A stretch of DNA of 64,000 bases from positions 28 to 64,027 of the forward strand of contig PMCS01000024.1 of assembly GCA_003154195.1 (NCBI GenBank), in the 5' to 3' direction. The notes under the pieces are model-generated. The model had not been told where the DNA came from, did no database searches, and saw only the letters and a list, made by a program, of their open reading frames with translations. This document shows, one piece after another, positions 28,047 through 38,383 of this stretch. The position numbers and the translations under genes were made by a program. Position 1 is the stretch's first letter. Every line of letters starts with the position of its first letter. The DNA is from Candidatus Omnitrophota bacterium. GTDB lineage: Bacteria; Omnitrophota; Gorgyraeia; Duberdicusellales; 4484-171.

Positions 28047-29936
28047 CTACTCAGGGAGATTTTCAAGATATTCCCATCGCTCATAAGCGGCGTGAAGCTC
28101 GTCTTCCAAAGTTGTCAGCCGGTTTTTGGCTTTCGCTATGTCTTTGGGATCTTTTTGATAAAAATTAGTATCGGTAAGAGCAGCGTACAGTTCTTTTTGC
28201 TCCGCTTCCAGCTTTTCGATTTTTCCCGGAAACGCCTCAAGCTCGTGTTTTTCTTTAAAGGTGATTTTTCGGCCGGGCAGCTCCGGTTTAGTAATCTTAT
28301 TTTCGGTTTTAGGTTTAGGCGTTACCGGTTTTGGTGCGGCGATTTTTCGCTGGTTAAGCCAGTCGTCGTAGCCGCCGGGATATTCGTTAATCTCCCCTTC
28401 GCCTTCGAAGACCAGGGTAGAAGTCACCACATTGTTTAGAAATGCCCGGTCATGGCTGACTAAAAGAAGAGTTCCCGGATATTCGAGCAGCATCTCTTCC
28501 AGAAGCTCCAGCGTTTCGATATCCAGATCGTTGGTGGGTTCGTCCATTACCAGAAGGTTGAACGGTTTAGTAAAGAGCCGGGCAAGTAATAGCCGGTTGC
28601 GTTCGCCGCCGGAAAGAATTTTAGCCGGGCTTTCCGCCCGGTCCGGAGAAAAAAGAAAATCCCGCAGGTATCCGATGATATTGCGGGGCTTACCGTTGAT
28701 CATTATCGTGTCGCCGCCATCGCATATATTCTGGGCAACGGTTTTTTCGTTGTCTAATTGCTCGCGCAGCTGGTCATAGTAGGCGATTTGAAGATTGGGG
28801 CCCAACCGGGCTTTTCCTTTGGTGGGCTCAAGCTTTTCCAAAAGGATGCGTATCAGGGTGGTTTTCCCGCAGCCGTTGGGGCCGATAATGCCGATTTTGT
28901 CCCCGCGCATGATTTTAGCGCTAAAATCGCGGATCAGGCAGTTATCTCTATAGTTAAATCCCAGGTTGGAAACTTTCATAATCAAATGCCCGGCAACATC
29001 GGCTTTTTGCTGTTTCAGATGGACATTGCCGATAGCTTTGCGCTGGGCCTTCTTTTCTTCCCTTAAGCGCTCCAGGGCTTTAACCCGGCCTTCGCTGCGG
29101 CAGCGCCGGGCTTTTACACCCTGGCGAATCCAGATTTCTTCCTGGGCTAATTTTTTATCAAAAGTATCCCAGTATGATTCTTCCATGTTTAAGGCGGTCT
29201 CCTTGCGTTTCAGGAAAGTTTCGTAATCGCAGGACCAGCTGAAGATTTTTCCGCGGTCCAGTTCGATGATCCGGGTAGCTAAATGCGTCATGAACATCCG
29301 GTCATGGGTGACGAAAAAAACTGTGCCGTGGTAAGATTTTAAAAACTTTTCCAGCCAATCAATTGAGTCTATGTCTAAATGGTTTGTCGGTTCATCTAAG
29401 AGTATAATGTCAGGCTTTAGCACCAGAGCCCGGGCAAGTAAAACTCTGCGCTTCTGTCCGCCGGATAATTTTTCAAAGTCGCTTTCCGGATCGAGTTTCA
29501 TCCGGGAGATGACTTCTTCGACCTGGCCGTTGAGGTCCCAGGATTTAGTGTGGTCAAGCTCCGACTGGACATTACCAAGCCGGCGCATCAGGTCGGGATT
29601 ATTGTCGGCGTGCATCTGGTTAGTAAGGTGGTGGTAATCAACTAAGAGCTGTCCGCGTTTGCCCAGGCCTGATGAGACGATATCAAATACGTTTCCCGTG
29701 ATATCGGTTGCGACTTCCTGGGGTAAATGAGCTACTTGGATATTCTTCTGACAAAATACTTCTCCATCATCAATGCTGGCTTGTCCGGCAATGACTTTCA
29801 TCAGCGTGGTTTTACCTGCGCCATTGCGCCCCAGGAGGGCAATCCGTTCCCCGGCTTCTATATGCAGGGTTAAGCGGTCAAAAATGAGCGGCCCACCGAA
29901 AGCAAGATTTATTTCTTTTAAGCTGATTAGTGCCAT
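28047..29936 (-). CDS. uup: ABC-F ATPase Uup
   Basis: Two ABC domains (GRNGAGKT, LSGGQ, DEPTNHLD; GPNGCGKT, LSGGE, DEPTNDLD), WIRQGVKARR linker, C-terminal coiled coil ending RWEYLE. Confidence 0.88.
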   Translation of the reverse strand: MALISLKEINLAFGGPLIFDRLTLHIEAGERIALLGRNGAGKTTLMKVIAGQASIDDGEVFCQKNIQVAHLPQEVATDITGNVFDIVSSGLGKRGQLLVDYHHLTNQMHADNNPDLMRRLGNVQSELDHTKSWDLNGQVEEVISRMKLDPESDFEKLSGGQKRRVLLARALVLKPDIILLDEPTNHLDIDSIDWLEKFLKSYHGTVFFVTHDRMFMTHLATRIIELDRGKIFSWSCDYETFLKRKETALNMEESYWDTFDKKLAQEEIWIRQGVKARRCRSEGRVKALERLREEKKAQRKAIGNVHLKQQKADVAGHLIMKVSNLGFNYRDNCLIRDFSAKIMRGDKIGIIGPNGCGKTTLIRILLEKLEPTKGKARLGPNLQIAYYDQLREQLDNEKTVAQNICDGGDTIMINGKPRNIIGYLRDFLFSPDRAESPAKILSGGERNRLLLARLFTKPFNLLVMDEPTNDLDIETLELLEEMLLEYPGTLLLVSHDRAFLNNVVTSTLVFEGEGEINEYPGGYDDWLNQRKIAAPKPVTPKPKTENKITKPELPGRKITFKEKHELEAFPGKIEKLEAEQKELYAALTDTNFYQKDPKDIAKAKNRLTTLEDELHAAYERWEYLENLPE

Positions 29937-30122
29937 AAGGAGAAACAGTATAACCCATAAAATGCATTTGGTAAAATGCATTTTATGGGTGGATTTGCCG
30001 GGTTAATGTGGGCACGACCGTAAGGTATGGAGTTTCAGAAGAAAAATGCTATAATACCTTGTCAGCATATTTATTGAATTATTTTATTTTCATCCGCGAA
30101 ACGGATGTCTTTTATTTTTTAC

Positions 30123-30245
30123 CCATTCGGCAGAAAGCCGCGTCCGTGAGGGCGCGGATGAATGCTTTCTGCCTCAGGGTGAAGCTCCAGGGGAGCTGAA
30201 TCCTGAATAACAAGAAACCACCACCGTAAGGTGGTGGAGCTTCAC
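30123..30245 (+). mobile_element. non-autonomous IS200/IS605-like palindrome-associated element (PATE-like)
   Basis: Follows TTAC; AAAG precedes left hairpin CCGCGTCC-GTGA-GGGCGCGG; right hairpin CCACCACC-GTAA-GGTGGTGG then ends TTCAC; no ORF. Confidence 0.7.
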
Positions 30246-30260
30246 GAAGTAAAAAATAAT

Positions 30261-31586
30261 ATGAAATCAAGATTATTCATCGGTATCGACATCGGGGGAA
30301 CGAAGATTTCCGGGGGACTGGCCGACGAAACAGGCAAGATTATCGTACGGGATAAGATTGCTACGCCGCTCGATGCTAAACCGTCGGAGATTCTTTTTAT
30401 CGTAACTAAATTAATCAATAGCCTCTCTTCCGGCAGTAAAATTGTGGCGAAAAACATTGCCGGAATCGGCATCGGCGTGCCCGGCATTGTCAATACAAAA
30501 AAAGGTAAAATCGTCGCCACCCCGAATGTCGACCTCGCCGGGTTTGATCTCGTCAAAAAAATAACGAAAAAATTCCGAACCAGGGTATCTATCGGTAACG
30601 ATGTTAACCTGGGGCTGCTTGGCGAATATTGGTTCGGCGCCGGCCGCCGGGTAAAAAATATTATTGGATTATTTCCCGGTACCGGAGTGGGCGGCGCGGC
30701 CATTGTTGACGGCAAGCTTTTGCTGGGCGCCAAAGGCGCGGCAACAGAATTCGGGCATTTAATTATCGATACTCATGGCCCGGAATGCAGCTGCGGCAAC
30801 CGGGGATGCCTGGAAGCGATTGCCGGCCGATGGGCAATCGAACGCGATATTCGCGCCGCGGTTAAAGCGGGCCGGGAATCGGCGCTTATTGACATTTGCA
30901 AAAGCGATTTAGCCGTAATAAAAAGCAAAGCGCTCAAGGAAGCTCTGGCGCGAAAAGATGAATTAACCACGGAGGTCATGGAAAAAGCGGCGGACGCGTT
31001 AGGGTTTGCCTGCGTCAGCCTGCGCCACGCCTTCGACCCGGCGTTGATTATTTTCGGCGGCGGTATCATTGAGGCATGCGCCGGTTTTATTTTGCCGATG
31101 GTCAGGAAAATTGTCGATGACGACCCGTTTTTTGCTAAAGTTTCCCGTTGTAAAATTGTGGAGTCGGAGCTGAAAGACGACGCGGTGATTTTAGGGGCGG
31201 TTGCCCTGGCCCAGGAAGGCTTAGGGATAAAAGCCGGCGAGATAAAAGCCAACCCGTCGGTTTGTATGGTTTTAAAAGACGATAGTGTGCTTATTGATGG
31301 GAAAACTTACAATCGGGGTGTTTGTATCCGGGTCAACTGTAAGGTTAAAAAACGTCCTAAAAAATTCAGCGAAGAAAAAGAAATAAGCGAGCAAGAATTA
31401 AGAAAGTTTTGCAAAAAGAAGCCGGAAGTATTTATCATCGCTTATCGCGACGCATTGCCGGTGTTAAGCGAACAAGCGCAAATATTCCTGAAAGAAAAGA
31501 AAATCAACGCAAAAATCCTGCCGCTATCCCCCGCAATCGATCTATACAACGAAACTACGTCAAAAAAAGCGATTCTTGTGATTTAA
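30261..31586 (+). CDS. ROK family sugar kinase fused to a C-terminal Mth938-like domain
   Basis: GIDIGGTK, GVPG, NDVN, GTGVGG, EFGH, CSCGNRGCLE; ~110 extra C-terminal aa; ATG 30261 preferred. Confidence 0.85.
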   Translation: MKSRLFIGIDIGGTKISGGLADETGKIIVRDKIATPLDAKPSEILFIVTKLINSLSSGSKIVAKNIAGIGIGVPGIVNTKKGKIVATPNVDLAGFDLVKKITKKFRTRVSIGNDVNLGLLGEYWFGAGRRVKNIIGLFPGTGVGGAAIVDGKLLLGAKGAATEFGHLIIDTHGPECSCGNRGCLEAIAGRWAIERDIRAAVKAGRESALIDICKSDLAVIKSKALKEALARKDELTTEVMEKAADALGFACVSLRHAFDPALIIFGGGIIEACAGFILPMVRKIVDDDPFFAKVSRCKIVESELKDDAVILGAVALAQEGLGIKAGEIKANPSVCMVLKDDSVLIDGKTYNRGVCIRVNCKVKKRPKKFSEEKEISEQELRKFCKKKPEVFIIAYRDALPVLSEQAQIFLKEKKINAKILPLSPAIDLYNETTSKKAILVI

Positions 31587-31620
31587 TAATAAGAAAGTAA
31601 AATGAAATACAAAAACTTTT

Positions 31621-31797
31621 GTCCACAGATTGCTCAGATTTTTATGGCTTAAGAAAAAGATTGGGATATTTATAGATATAAAATAATCCCGCCGTATTTT
31701 GGCGGGATTATCCCGGTAGGCCACCGGCGTGAGCCGGTGGTAGTTCACTTTTTAAATCTGTTTAATCCCAATCCTATTAATCTGAGAAATCTGTGGA
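31621..31797. repeat. gtccacagat-family element carrying two nested palindromes
   Basis: Outer arms tccacagat/atctgtgga; inner ataatcccgcc..ggcgggattat and ccaccggc-gtga-gccggtgg-tagTTCAC. Confidence 0.8.
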
Positions 31798-31820
31798 AAA
31801 ATTTTTTGGTTGGTTTTTAA

Positions 31821-32399
31821 TTAAAGATTTTCAATTATTACTTTTCTGTTGGATATCTTCTCGAAAAGGTCGGCTTTATTTTGTGCCGCTTCGCGATCCT
31901 CCGGCGATTCCGATTGGGCATCAACTCGTATGATCACCTGTTCCGGTTTAATGTCACATTCGACATCCTTAACCATTCCGCGATGCGTCCGGTCTAAACC
32001 GTCGGCGATGCGCAGAATAGCCGAGAGTTTATTTACGATATCTTTATTCTTTACGTCCAGATCGCAATAATATTTATGGGACTTTTTGGGCAAGGATTTA
32101 CGGTGATAGCGGGCGATAAGCGCAATGATGGCCCGCGGGATTGGGCCGATAGCTAATTCTTTCGCGTCCACGATGATATCGCGGGATAGTTTATGATGAG
32201 ATTTTTCGTTTTGGCTGAAACCGATATCGTGCAAAATAGCCCCCGCTTCGAGTGATATCCGTTCCTCATCGCCTAAATTGTGCAACGGTTTTAGTTGATC
32301 GAATAACTGAAGGGACAATTTTGTGACTTGCCGGCTATGCCCTTCTTCCCATTTACAGCGCCGGGCCAATTCCAGTGATTGAGTAATTATTTGTTCCAT
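31821..32399 (-). CDS. stand-alone HD domain protein (Ppx/GppA C-terminal type)
   Basis: GAILHDIG, HHKLS, ARYHRKS.P, LRIADGLDR. Confidence 0.85.
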   Translation of the reverse strand: MEQIITQSLELARRCKWEEGHSRQVTKLSLQLFDQLKPLHNLGDEERISLEAGAILHDIGFSQNEKSHHKLSRDIIVDAKELAIGPIPRAIIALIARYHRKSLPKKSHKYYCDLDVKNKDIVNKLSAILRIADGLDRTHRGMVKDVECDIKPEQVIIRVDAQSESPEDREAAQNKADLFEKISNRKVIIENL

Positions 32400-32442
32400 G
32401 TATTTGTCTTTATCCTTATGCTCCGCGAAGCGGAGCCGGATA

Positions 32443-32474
32443 AAGAAACCCTGCGGTAAACCGCAGGGTTTCTT
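32443..32474. terminator. perfect GC-rich hairpin, terminator-like or REP
   Basis: aagaaaccctgcgg-taaa-ccgcagggtttctt just after the CHAD stop codon. Confidence 0.5.
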
Positions 32475-32476
32475 TA

Positions 32477-33343
32477 TTAGGAGACCATTTCGTATATCTT
32501 CTGCCAGGTTTTGGCATGTTTATGCTTTTTCCACAAATGGACAAATTTTTCATACCAGGTTTTGCGGCATTTCTCGCATTCATGGTGATAGTATTTCAGA
32601 AATCCGGATAGCTGCCGGTTATTTTTAAGCGCGCGCGCCTGCTCAAGCCAAACGTCAAATTCGTGGACACTGCCCAGCGCGCGCTGTATTTCAACCAAGT
32701 TTCTGAGGTATTCTTCCGATTCCCCCGGATAAATGGCTTGGAAAAGTTCTAAGGTATAGCGTAAGTGTTTCGCTTCGATACGCATCCGGTGAAGTTTTTT
32801 CCGGGCGTGCGGCTTTTTAACGTAAGGTTCGTAGGCAAGAAGATTTTTAAGGCACCGGGTAACTTTCTTACGCGCGAGAGCGCGCAATCCATGATCATCG
32901 CGCCCGTTATCTTGAGCGACGGCACGCCCAATTTGATCGGGTATCTTTGTTTTATTAAAGCGCTTTACTTCCGCGAGGGCTTTTGTCTGAGCGTCACGTC
33001 GGCGGATTTTATAGATTGTGGCCAGCTCATTAAGCCCCTGCGCTTGTTTTTTTGACAACGCGGCGCCAGGAAAATTTTTCAGGAATTCGATATGGACATC
33101 GAGGTCGCGCGTTTCGCTTAACACGTCAGAAAGGCGGCTCAGGGTTTTTCCCCATTTTTTGCGCTCTTTTTTCGAAAACTGCTTTTTTAAGACCCATAAC
33201 GCGGCGCGCAAACGTCGGGTCGCCACCCGCGCCTCGTGGACATGCTCGATGCTATGGGATTTGGGGATATTATCCAGATGCGCAGCCAGGGCGGTAAGGT
33301 AGCGGAAGATGGTTTGGTTTAAGCGATTATCGATAGTTTCCAT
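32477..33343 (-). CDS. CHAD domain polyphosphate-binding protein
   Basis: VHEARVATRRLR, RDLDV, LHRMRIEAKHLRY.LE, Q..LG..H. Confidence 0.9.
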   Translation of the reverse strand: METIDNRLNQTIFRYLTALAAHLDNIPKSHSIEHVHEARVATRRLRAALWVLKKQFSKKERKKWGKTLSRLSDVLSETRDLDVHIEFLKNFPGAALSKKQAQGLNELATIYKIRRRDAQTKALAEVKRFNKTKIPDQIGRAVAQDNGRDDHGLRALARKKVTRCLKNLLAYEPYVKKPHARKKLHRMRIEAKHLRYTLELFQAIYPGESEEYLRNLVEIQRALGSVHEFDVWLEQARALKNNRQLSGFLKYYHHECEKCRKTWYEKFVHLWKKHKHAKTWQKIYEMVS

Positions 33344-33445
33344 AAAAATTGGTTAGGGCTATGGCTAGGCTCTCCTTCGCCCTTCGAGCTTTGGAAAAGT
33401 CTCGCCGAAGCCATAGCGAAGGCGGAAAGCCGGTAATAATAATCA

Positions 33446-33598
33446 GCTAGGGCTAGGGTAACGAAGCCAGTTTGGGTTACGGTAAAGGTTAGGGCTGATA
33501 CTAATCTTAAAACCTTTACCTTTACCTTAACCTATACTGGCATCCTTACCTTTACCCTGACCAAGTCTTTAACCGATACCGGCATCGTTACCCTTACC
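33446..33598. repeat. 153-bp hexamer-period palindromic element, copy 2 (inverted)
   Basis: Reverse complement of 20323-20475 at about 95% identity. Confidence 0.9.
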
Positions 33599-33613
33599 CT
33601 AGCCGTTTTTAAT

Positions 33614-35617
33614 TTACGTATAGTGCTGGATAAAAAACTCCTGGGCGTTGAATTTATCGCCGGTAATATCAGGTTTAGCGTATTTTTTATCATCCGATAA
33701 AACCCAGGATTTTACATTGTCCTTCCAGCAATTATCCAGGATAAAACGCAGGTGTTCTTTCAGCTCGTCTTTGTATATCTCAAACAAAAGTTCGATGCGC
33801 CGGTCGAAATTACGCGTCATCCAGTCGCTGGAAGCCATGAATATCCGGGGGCCGGCGTTATTATTGAACATATAAATCCGCGAATGTTCGAGGAACCGGC
33901 CGACGATACTTTTTATTTCGATATTTTCGCTTAAGTTTTTAACACCGGGGATAATCACGCATATACCCCGGACAATCAATCTTATTCTCACCCCCGCGTT
34001 CGATGCTTCGTACAGCTTTTCCGCAATTTGCGGGTCTTCCAGGGAGTTCATCTTGGCAAAAATAAAACCATTTTTATATTTCTTATGGTACTCAATTTCC
34101 TTGTCGATCATTTCGAAAAAATATTGGCGTAAATCGTAAGGCGACGAGACAATCCGGTTCCATCTTCCCGGTACGGAATAGCCGGTAATGGCGTTAAAAA
34201 CTTCGGAGATATCTTTGGCGAAATCGTCGTTGGCGGTAAAGTACCCGGCATCAGTGTAAGCGGAAGCGGTTTTTTCGTTATAATTGCCGGTTGACACATG
34301 GACATACCGGCGTATCCTTCCCTCTTCCTTGCGCACTACCAGCGTTATCTTGGAATGAATCTTCATCCCGGCGATACCGTACATCACATGGCACCCCGCC
34401 GCTTCTAAATCCTTTGCCCAATCGATATTGCGCTCTTCGTCGAAGCGCGCCTTGATTTCTACAAGAATCGTTACCTGCTTCTTGTTTTTTGCCGCCTCTT
34501 TCAGGGATTTAATTATGGCGGAATTTTCATCGGTACGGTAGAGGGTCATTTTGATGGCCAGGACGTTTTCGTCTCTGGCCGCGGTTCTGATAAGGTCGAC
34601 GGTCGGCTGGAACGATTGATAGGGAAGGTGGATTAAGAAGTCGCCTTCTTTTATTTTGTCAAAAATATTCTCGTATTCGATTTTTTGAGGAACAAAACTT
34701 TTATAGAGCAATTGCGGCTTATTGAGCTGCGCCGCTAATTCAAATAAATAACTTAATCCCAGCTCGCCGTCAATACCGGTGATCTCTTCCTGGGGAAAAT
34801 CGATACTGGCAAAAAGCGTTTCCAGTATTTCCGCCGGGCAGGATTTTTCTACCTGGGCGCATACGATTTTTGCCTGAGGCCGTTTTTTGACTTCGTTTTC
34901 GATAGCTTTTAAAAGATTGGGCGCGTATTCTTCGTCAACCGACAATTCACTGTCCCGGACTACGCGAAAAAGAGAATTCCCCGCCACTTTATACCCCTTA
35001 AAAAAACCGTCGATATTCTGGCGGATGATTTCATCAATTAAAATAAAATCAAGTTCGTCTCCGGCGGAGGGCAATTTTAAAATTCGCGGCGCAGCTTTGG
35101 GTATCGGCATAACCGCGAGGTGGTTGACATTGTATCGTGACAGCATCACGGCAAAGGCAATGGTTTTTGACGGCAGGACCGGAAATGGCCGGCCCTGGTC
35201 AATCGCCATCGGCGTAATGATGGGAAAAAGCGTTGTTTCAAAATAGGCCCGGCTGTATTTTTTTTGCTCCGCGCTCAACTCCTCGTATTTCCGGATAAAA
35301 ATCTTATTTTTTTCCAGTTCCTTGGCGATTTTATCTTTATAGGAATAAAGTTTTTTATTTAAAAGCTGCACCGTCCCTTTGATTTCCAGGGCGATATCGG
35401 TCGGGAAATAGCCGAAGTTATCTTTTTGGTTATACCCGGAATCAATCAGGCGTTTCAGGCCGGCCACGCGAACCATAAAAAACTCGTCCATGTTATTGGC
35501 GAAAATCGCCAGGAAGCGTAAGCGTTCCGCCAGGGGATTGGACGAGTCAACGGCTTCTTCCAGCACTCGTTCGTTAAACGCCAACCAGCTCAGATCACGA
35601 TGAATAAATTTTTCCAT
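33614..35617 (-). CDS. ppk1: polyphosphate kinase 1
   Basis: RDLSWLAFNERVL, DEFFMVRVAGL, KMTLYR, KARFDE, KIHSK, TGNYN, GRFLEHSR, DWMTRN. Confidence 0.96.
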   Translation of the reverse strand: MEKFIHRDLSWLAFNERVLEEAVDSSNPLAERLRFLAIFANNMDEFFMVRVAGLKRLIDSGYNQKDNFGYFPTDIALEIKGTVQLLNKKLYSYKDKIAKELEKNKIFIRKYEELSAEQKKYSRAYFETTLFPIITPMAIDQGRPFPVLPSKTIAFAVMLSRYNVNHLAVMPIPKAAPRILKLPSAGDELDFILIDEIIRQNIDGFFKGYKVAGNSLFRVVRDSELSVDEEYAPNLLKAIENEVKKRPQAKIVCAQVEKSCPAEILETLFASIDFPQEEITGIDGELGLSYLFELAAQLNKPQLLYKSFVPQKIEYENIFDKIKEGDFLIHLPYQSFQPTVDLIRTAARDENVLAIKMTLYRTDENSAIIKSLKEAAKNKKQVTILVEIKARFDEERNIDWAKDLEAAGCHVMYGIAGMKIHSKITLVVRKEEGRIRRYVHVSTGNYNEKTASAYTDAGYFTANDDFAKDISEVFNAITGYSVPGRWNRIVSSPYDLRQYFFEMIDKEIEYHKKYKNGFIFAKMNSLEDPQIAEKLYEASNAGVRIRLIVRGICVIIPGVKNLSENIEIKSIVGRFLEHSRIYMFNNNAGPRIFMASSDWMTRNFDRRIELLFEIYKDELKEHLRFILDNCWKDNVKSWVLSDDKKYAKPDITGDKFNAQEFFIQHYT

Positions 35618-35653
35618 ATTTTTCTTTTTTCCTTCGGAAAAAATAAAAATCGC

Positions 35654-35842
35654 CTAACCGGAAAATTCGCAAACTCATTTTCCGGTTAGAGAAATAAAAA
35701 ACATAAAATTATTAATATAATGTTAATAATATTCTTTTTTGCTAAGGGGAAGTTTGCTCGCCAAAAGTTGGAAACTTTTGGCGATGTCTCGCTTGCCTCT
35801 CGGCAAAACCGAGGGCCTTCGGCGGAAAAACCGTAGGTTTTC
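35654..35842. repeat. cluster of intergenic palindromes
   Basis: ctaaccggaaaat/attttccggttag; cgccaaaagtt/aacttttggcg; ctcgg-caaaa-ccgag. Confidence 0.6.
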
Positions 35843-35864
35843 ATATATCTAAACCGGCATAGTT

Positions 35865-37397
35865 TTATGCCGGTTTAGGAATGAAACTTATCTTGTTTCC
35901 CGTTATTTCTTCAAAAAAATCTTTCTTCGATGAAAAATCAAGTTTTTCCAGGAGGCAATTATTGTTACTGTAGCCGTAAATCGCAATGTTACCTTTGCTG
36001 AATTTTATCTCCAGCTTTTTCAGTTTTTGCTTGTGGGAACTATCCAGGGAATTGGCGATACGTAAAATCGCGCTCAACTTCTGTACCAATATCTGCTTAT
36101 CGAGGTTAAGCGAGTTATAGAGTAAATGCGTGGCAGCGGGGGGAGCTTTCCGGTGGTAGCGGGCAATGCAGGCGATGACATTTATCTCTTCTTCGGTGAG
36201 GCGAAAAAGATTGAGGCTGTTGATGATGTATTCCGAGTGTTTATGGTGGGAGCGGTTGTGGATAAACGAACCGATATCGTGCAGATACGCGGCTAAGGTT
36301 AAATAAAGCAAATCCTCCGGTTTTAAGCCGAGCATCTCTTTGAAATTTTCAAAGAGCGTTTTCGACAACTCGGCTACGTGTTTTACGTGATTGAGGTCGG
36401 CGTTGAATTTACGGCAGAGAAATGTCGCCACCGAAACGAGCTGATTGGTTTTGTTATACTTTTTCGCCAACTCGATACCTAAGATTACATTGGCTAAAAT
36501 CGCTTCCGCCAGGGACGCTTCAAGGATGTAGATATACTTGATTTCCGCTACGCTAAACAAGCTGTTTAAAAGAAGCGCGTAGGCGGTGATGGTTTCGGCG
36601 ATTTCCGAGGGTATTTTATAGGTCCGGACGATTTCGTCGGTATTTTTATCGCCTAAGCTTTCCAGGATTTTCGCGATGTCTTCCCGGTTAATGCGCCAGA
36701 ACCCGGCTTCTTTATTTTTGTCGGCCAGGATTGCCGCCAGGTACGCGGAGTATTTTTCGTCGATAAGAATAATGTCGTCGATCTGGGTACGCGGCGAGAT
36801 ATTGTCTTTCAGATAGGCCAATTCATGGGTGATAAATTCCTGGACCGCTTCGCAGGTTTCCGAGGAACTTCCCTCGAGCTTGCTCATGAGCTGGCGTATA
36901 CGTAAAGTCCCGATAGGCAGGCCAAGATTGAGCTGGGTAAAGCCTTTGTCCATCAGCGAAACATCGAGGCTTCCTGAGCCAAGCTCCGCGATAAGTACGG
37001 TTTTTTCATGAATGGGATAGGTATTTTTTAGTTTATGATGCAGATAGGAGTCGATGTAGTAGACGACATCGCCGGCGGTCAATATTTCCGCGTTAAGGCC
37101 GGTTTTGCGGGAAATCGTGTCGATAAAAATATCGCGGTTGCGCGCTTCGCGTACGGCGGTAGTGGCAATGAGCATGACGTTGGCGACATCGTATTCCTTG
37201 AGGGCTTGCTGGTATTTTTCTAAAATCGATAATATCTGGTGTATCGTTTCCGGGGTGATGCTTCCGCGGTAGAAGGTATAGTTGCCGATGGGAACGGTAT
37301 TCTTGAGATGTTCTAAAATCTTTATCTCCTCGCCCTCCCCTTCCCCGATAATCAATTTTATGGAACTGGATCCGATGTCAATAACTCCCGCGCGCAT
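35865..37397 (-). CDS. ppx: exopolyphosphatase Ppx/GppA with HD domain
   Basis: IDIGSSSIKL, ATTAVREA.N, ELGSGS, C-terminal LHDIG..HHKHS.Y. Confidence 0.85.
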   Translation of the reverse strand: MRAGVIDIGSSSIKLIIGEGEGEEIKILEHLKNTVPIGNYTFYRGSITPETIHQILSILEKYQQALKEYDVANVMLIATTAVREARNRDIFIDTISRKTGLNAEILTAGDVVYYIDSYLHHKLKNTYPIHEKTVLIAELGSGSLDVSLMDKGFTQLNLGLPIGTLRIRQLMSKLEGSSSETCEAVQEFITHELAYLKDNISPRTQIDDIILIDEKYSAYLAAILADKNKEAGFWRINREDIAKILESLGDKNTDEIVRTYKIPSEIAETITAYALLLNSLFSVAEIKYIYILEASLAEAILANVILGIELAKKYNKTNQLVSVATFLCRKFNADLNHVKHVAELSKTLFENFKEMLGLKPEDLLYLTLAAYLHDIGSFIHNRSHHKHSEYIINSLNLFRLTEEEINVIACIARYHRKAPPAATHLLYNSLNLDKQILVQKLSAILRIANSLDSSHKQKLKKLEIKFSKGNIAIYGYSNNNCLLEKLDFSSKKDFFEEITGNKISFIPKPA

Positions 37398-37596
37398 GAT
37401 CCCTCCTGATTTTCTTTGGTTAATACCAAAAACCAAATACTTTTGTCCACAGATTTCAAGGATTTTGTAGAAAAAACATGGCCCAAACCCATTAATTTTT
37501 TATACAATGGCTTGATATATGCTATTTTGACCGGAGTTAATTATACCGCTATCCCCGTTTTCGGCAAGAATAAAGAAAAATTGTTATTTTTATTGG

Positions 37597-38367
37597 TTAT
37601 TTGGGGTTTACGGTGTTGGCTAAGGTAATATATTGTTTCAGGGAGATATTCTCCGGACGCAGATTGGGGTCGATGCCGCAGGATAACAGGATATCCTTTT
37701 TATCCTCCAGACGGAGAGCATTGATGATTTTTTTCCGGCGGTTGGCGAAGGCTTTCTTGATCAGTCCAAAGAGGAAATCCTCGTTTTCGGCCTTAACTGT
37801 AGGCGCAATCGAGAAATCCAGCATAGCAAAAGTAGAACTGACCTTAGGAATCGGCGAAAAGGCGTTAGCCGGGATATCAAAAATTTTAGTGATTTTAGCA
37901 TAATATTGTAAATAGCAGCTTAAAAAAACGTAATCATCAGTTGAGGGTTTAGCGATAAGCTTATCGATGAATTCTTTCTGGCAAGTCAAGTAAGCGTGTT
38001 TGATAAATGACCGATTTTCAATCAGACATTTAATGATCGGACTACTGATGCAGTAAGGGATATTGCCAAACACAATCACCTTATCCTTGAGACAGGAAAA
38101 ATCAAAAGTAAGAATATTTTTATTCACCAACTCGATATTTTTATAATTAATGAATTGGATAACCAGTAATTCATGTAATTTTGGGTCGACTTCTACGGCA
38201 TAGAGTTTTTTGGCTTCCTGCGCCAGGTATTTAGTTATCGCGCCCTTCCCCGGCCCGATCTCGAGCACAGTCTCCCCGGTAACGTTGATCGAATTTTTGA
38301 TTTTTTCGATATAACTTAAGTTGGTGAGAAATACCTGGCCGAGAGTTTTGCGATTTAGATAGCTCAT
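37597..38367 (-). CDS. rsmA: 16S rRNA adenine dimethyltransferase
   Basis: LGQ.FL, VLEIGPGKG, GNIPY, F.P.PKV.S, RRK, RPEN. Confidence 0.93.
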   Translation of the reverse strand: MSYLNRKTLGQVFLTNLSYIEKIKNSINVTGETVLEIGPGKGAITKYLAQEAKKLYAVEVDPKLHELLVIQFINYKNIELVNKNILTFDFSCLKDKVIVFGNIPYCISSPIIKCLIENRSFIKHAYLTCQKEFIDKLIAKPSTDDYVFLSCYLQYYAKITKIFDIPANAFSPIPKVSSTFAMLDFSIAPTVKAENEDFLFGLIKKAFANRRKKIINALRLEDKKDILLSCGIDPNLRPENISLKQYITLANTVNPK

Positions 38368-38383
38368 ATTAAAACCTGAATAT

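Noticed and set aside
30231-30260. GTG start for the ROK gene
   Set aside because: Lies within the hairpin of the miniature element; homology begins at ATG 30261.
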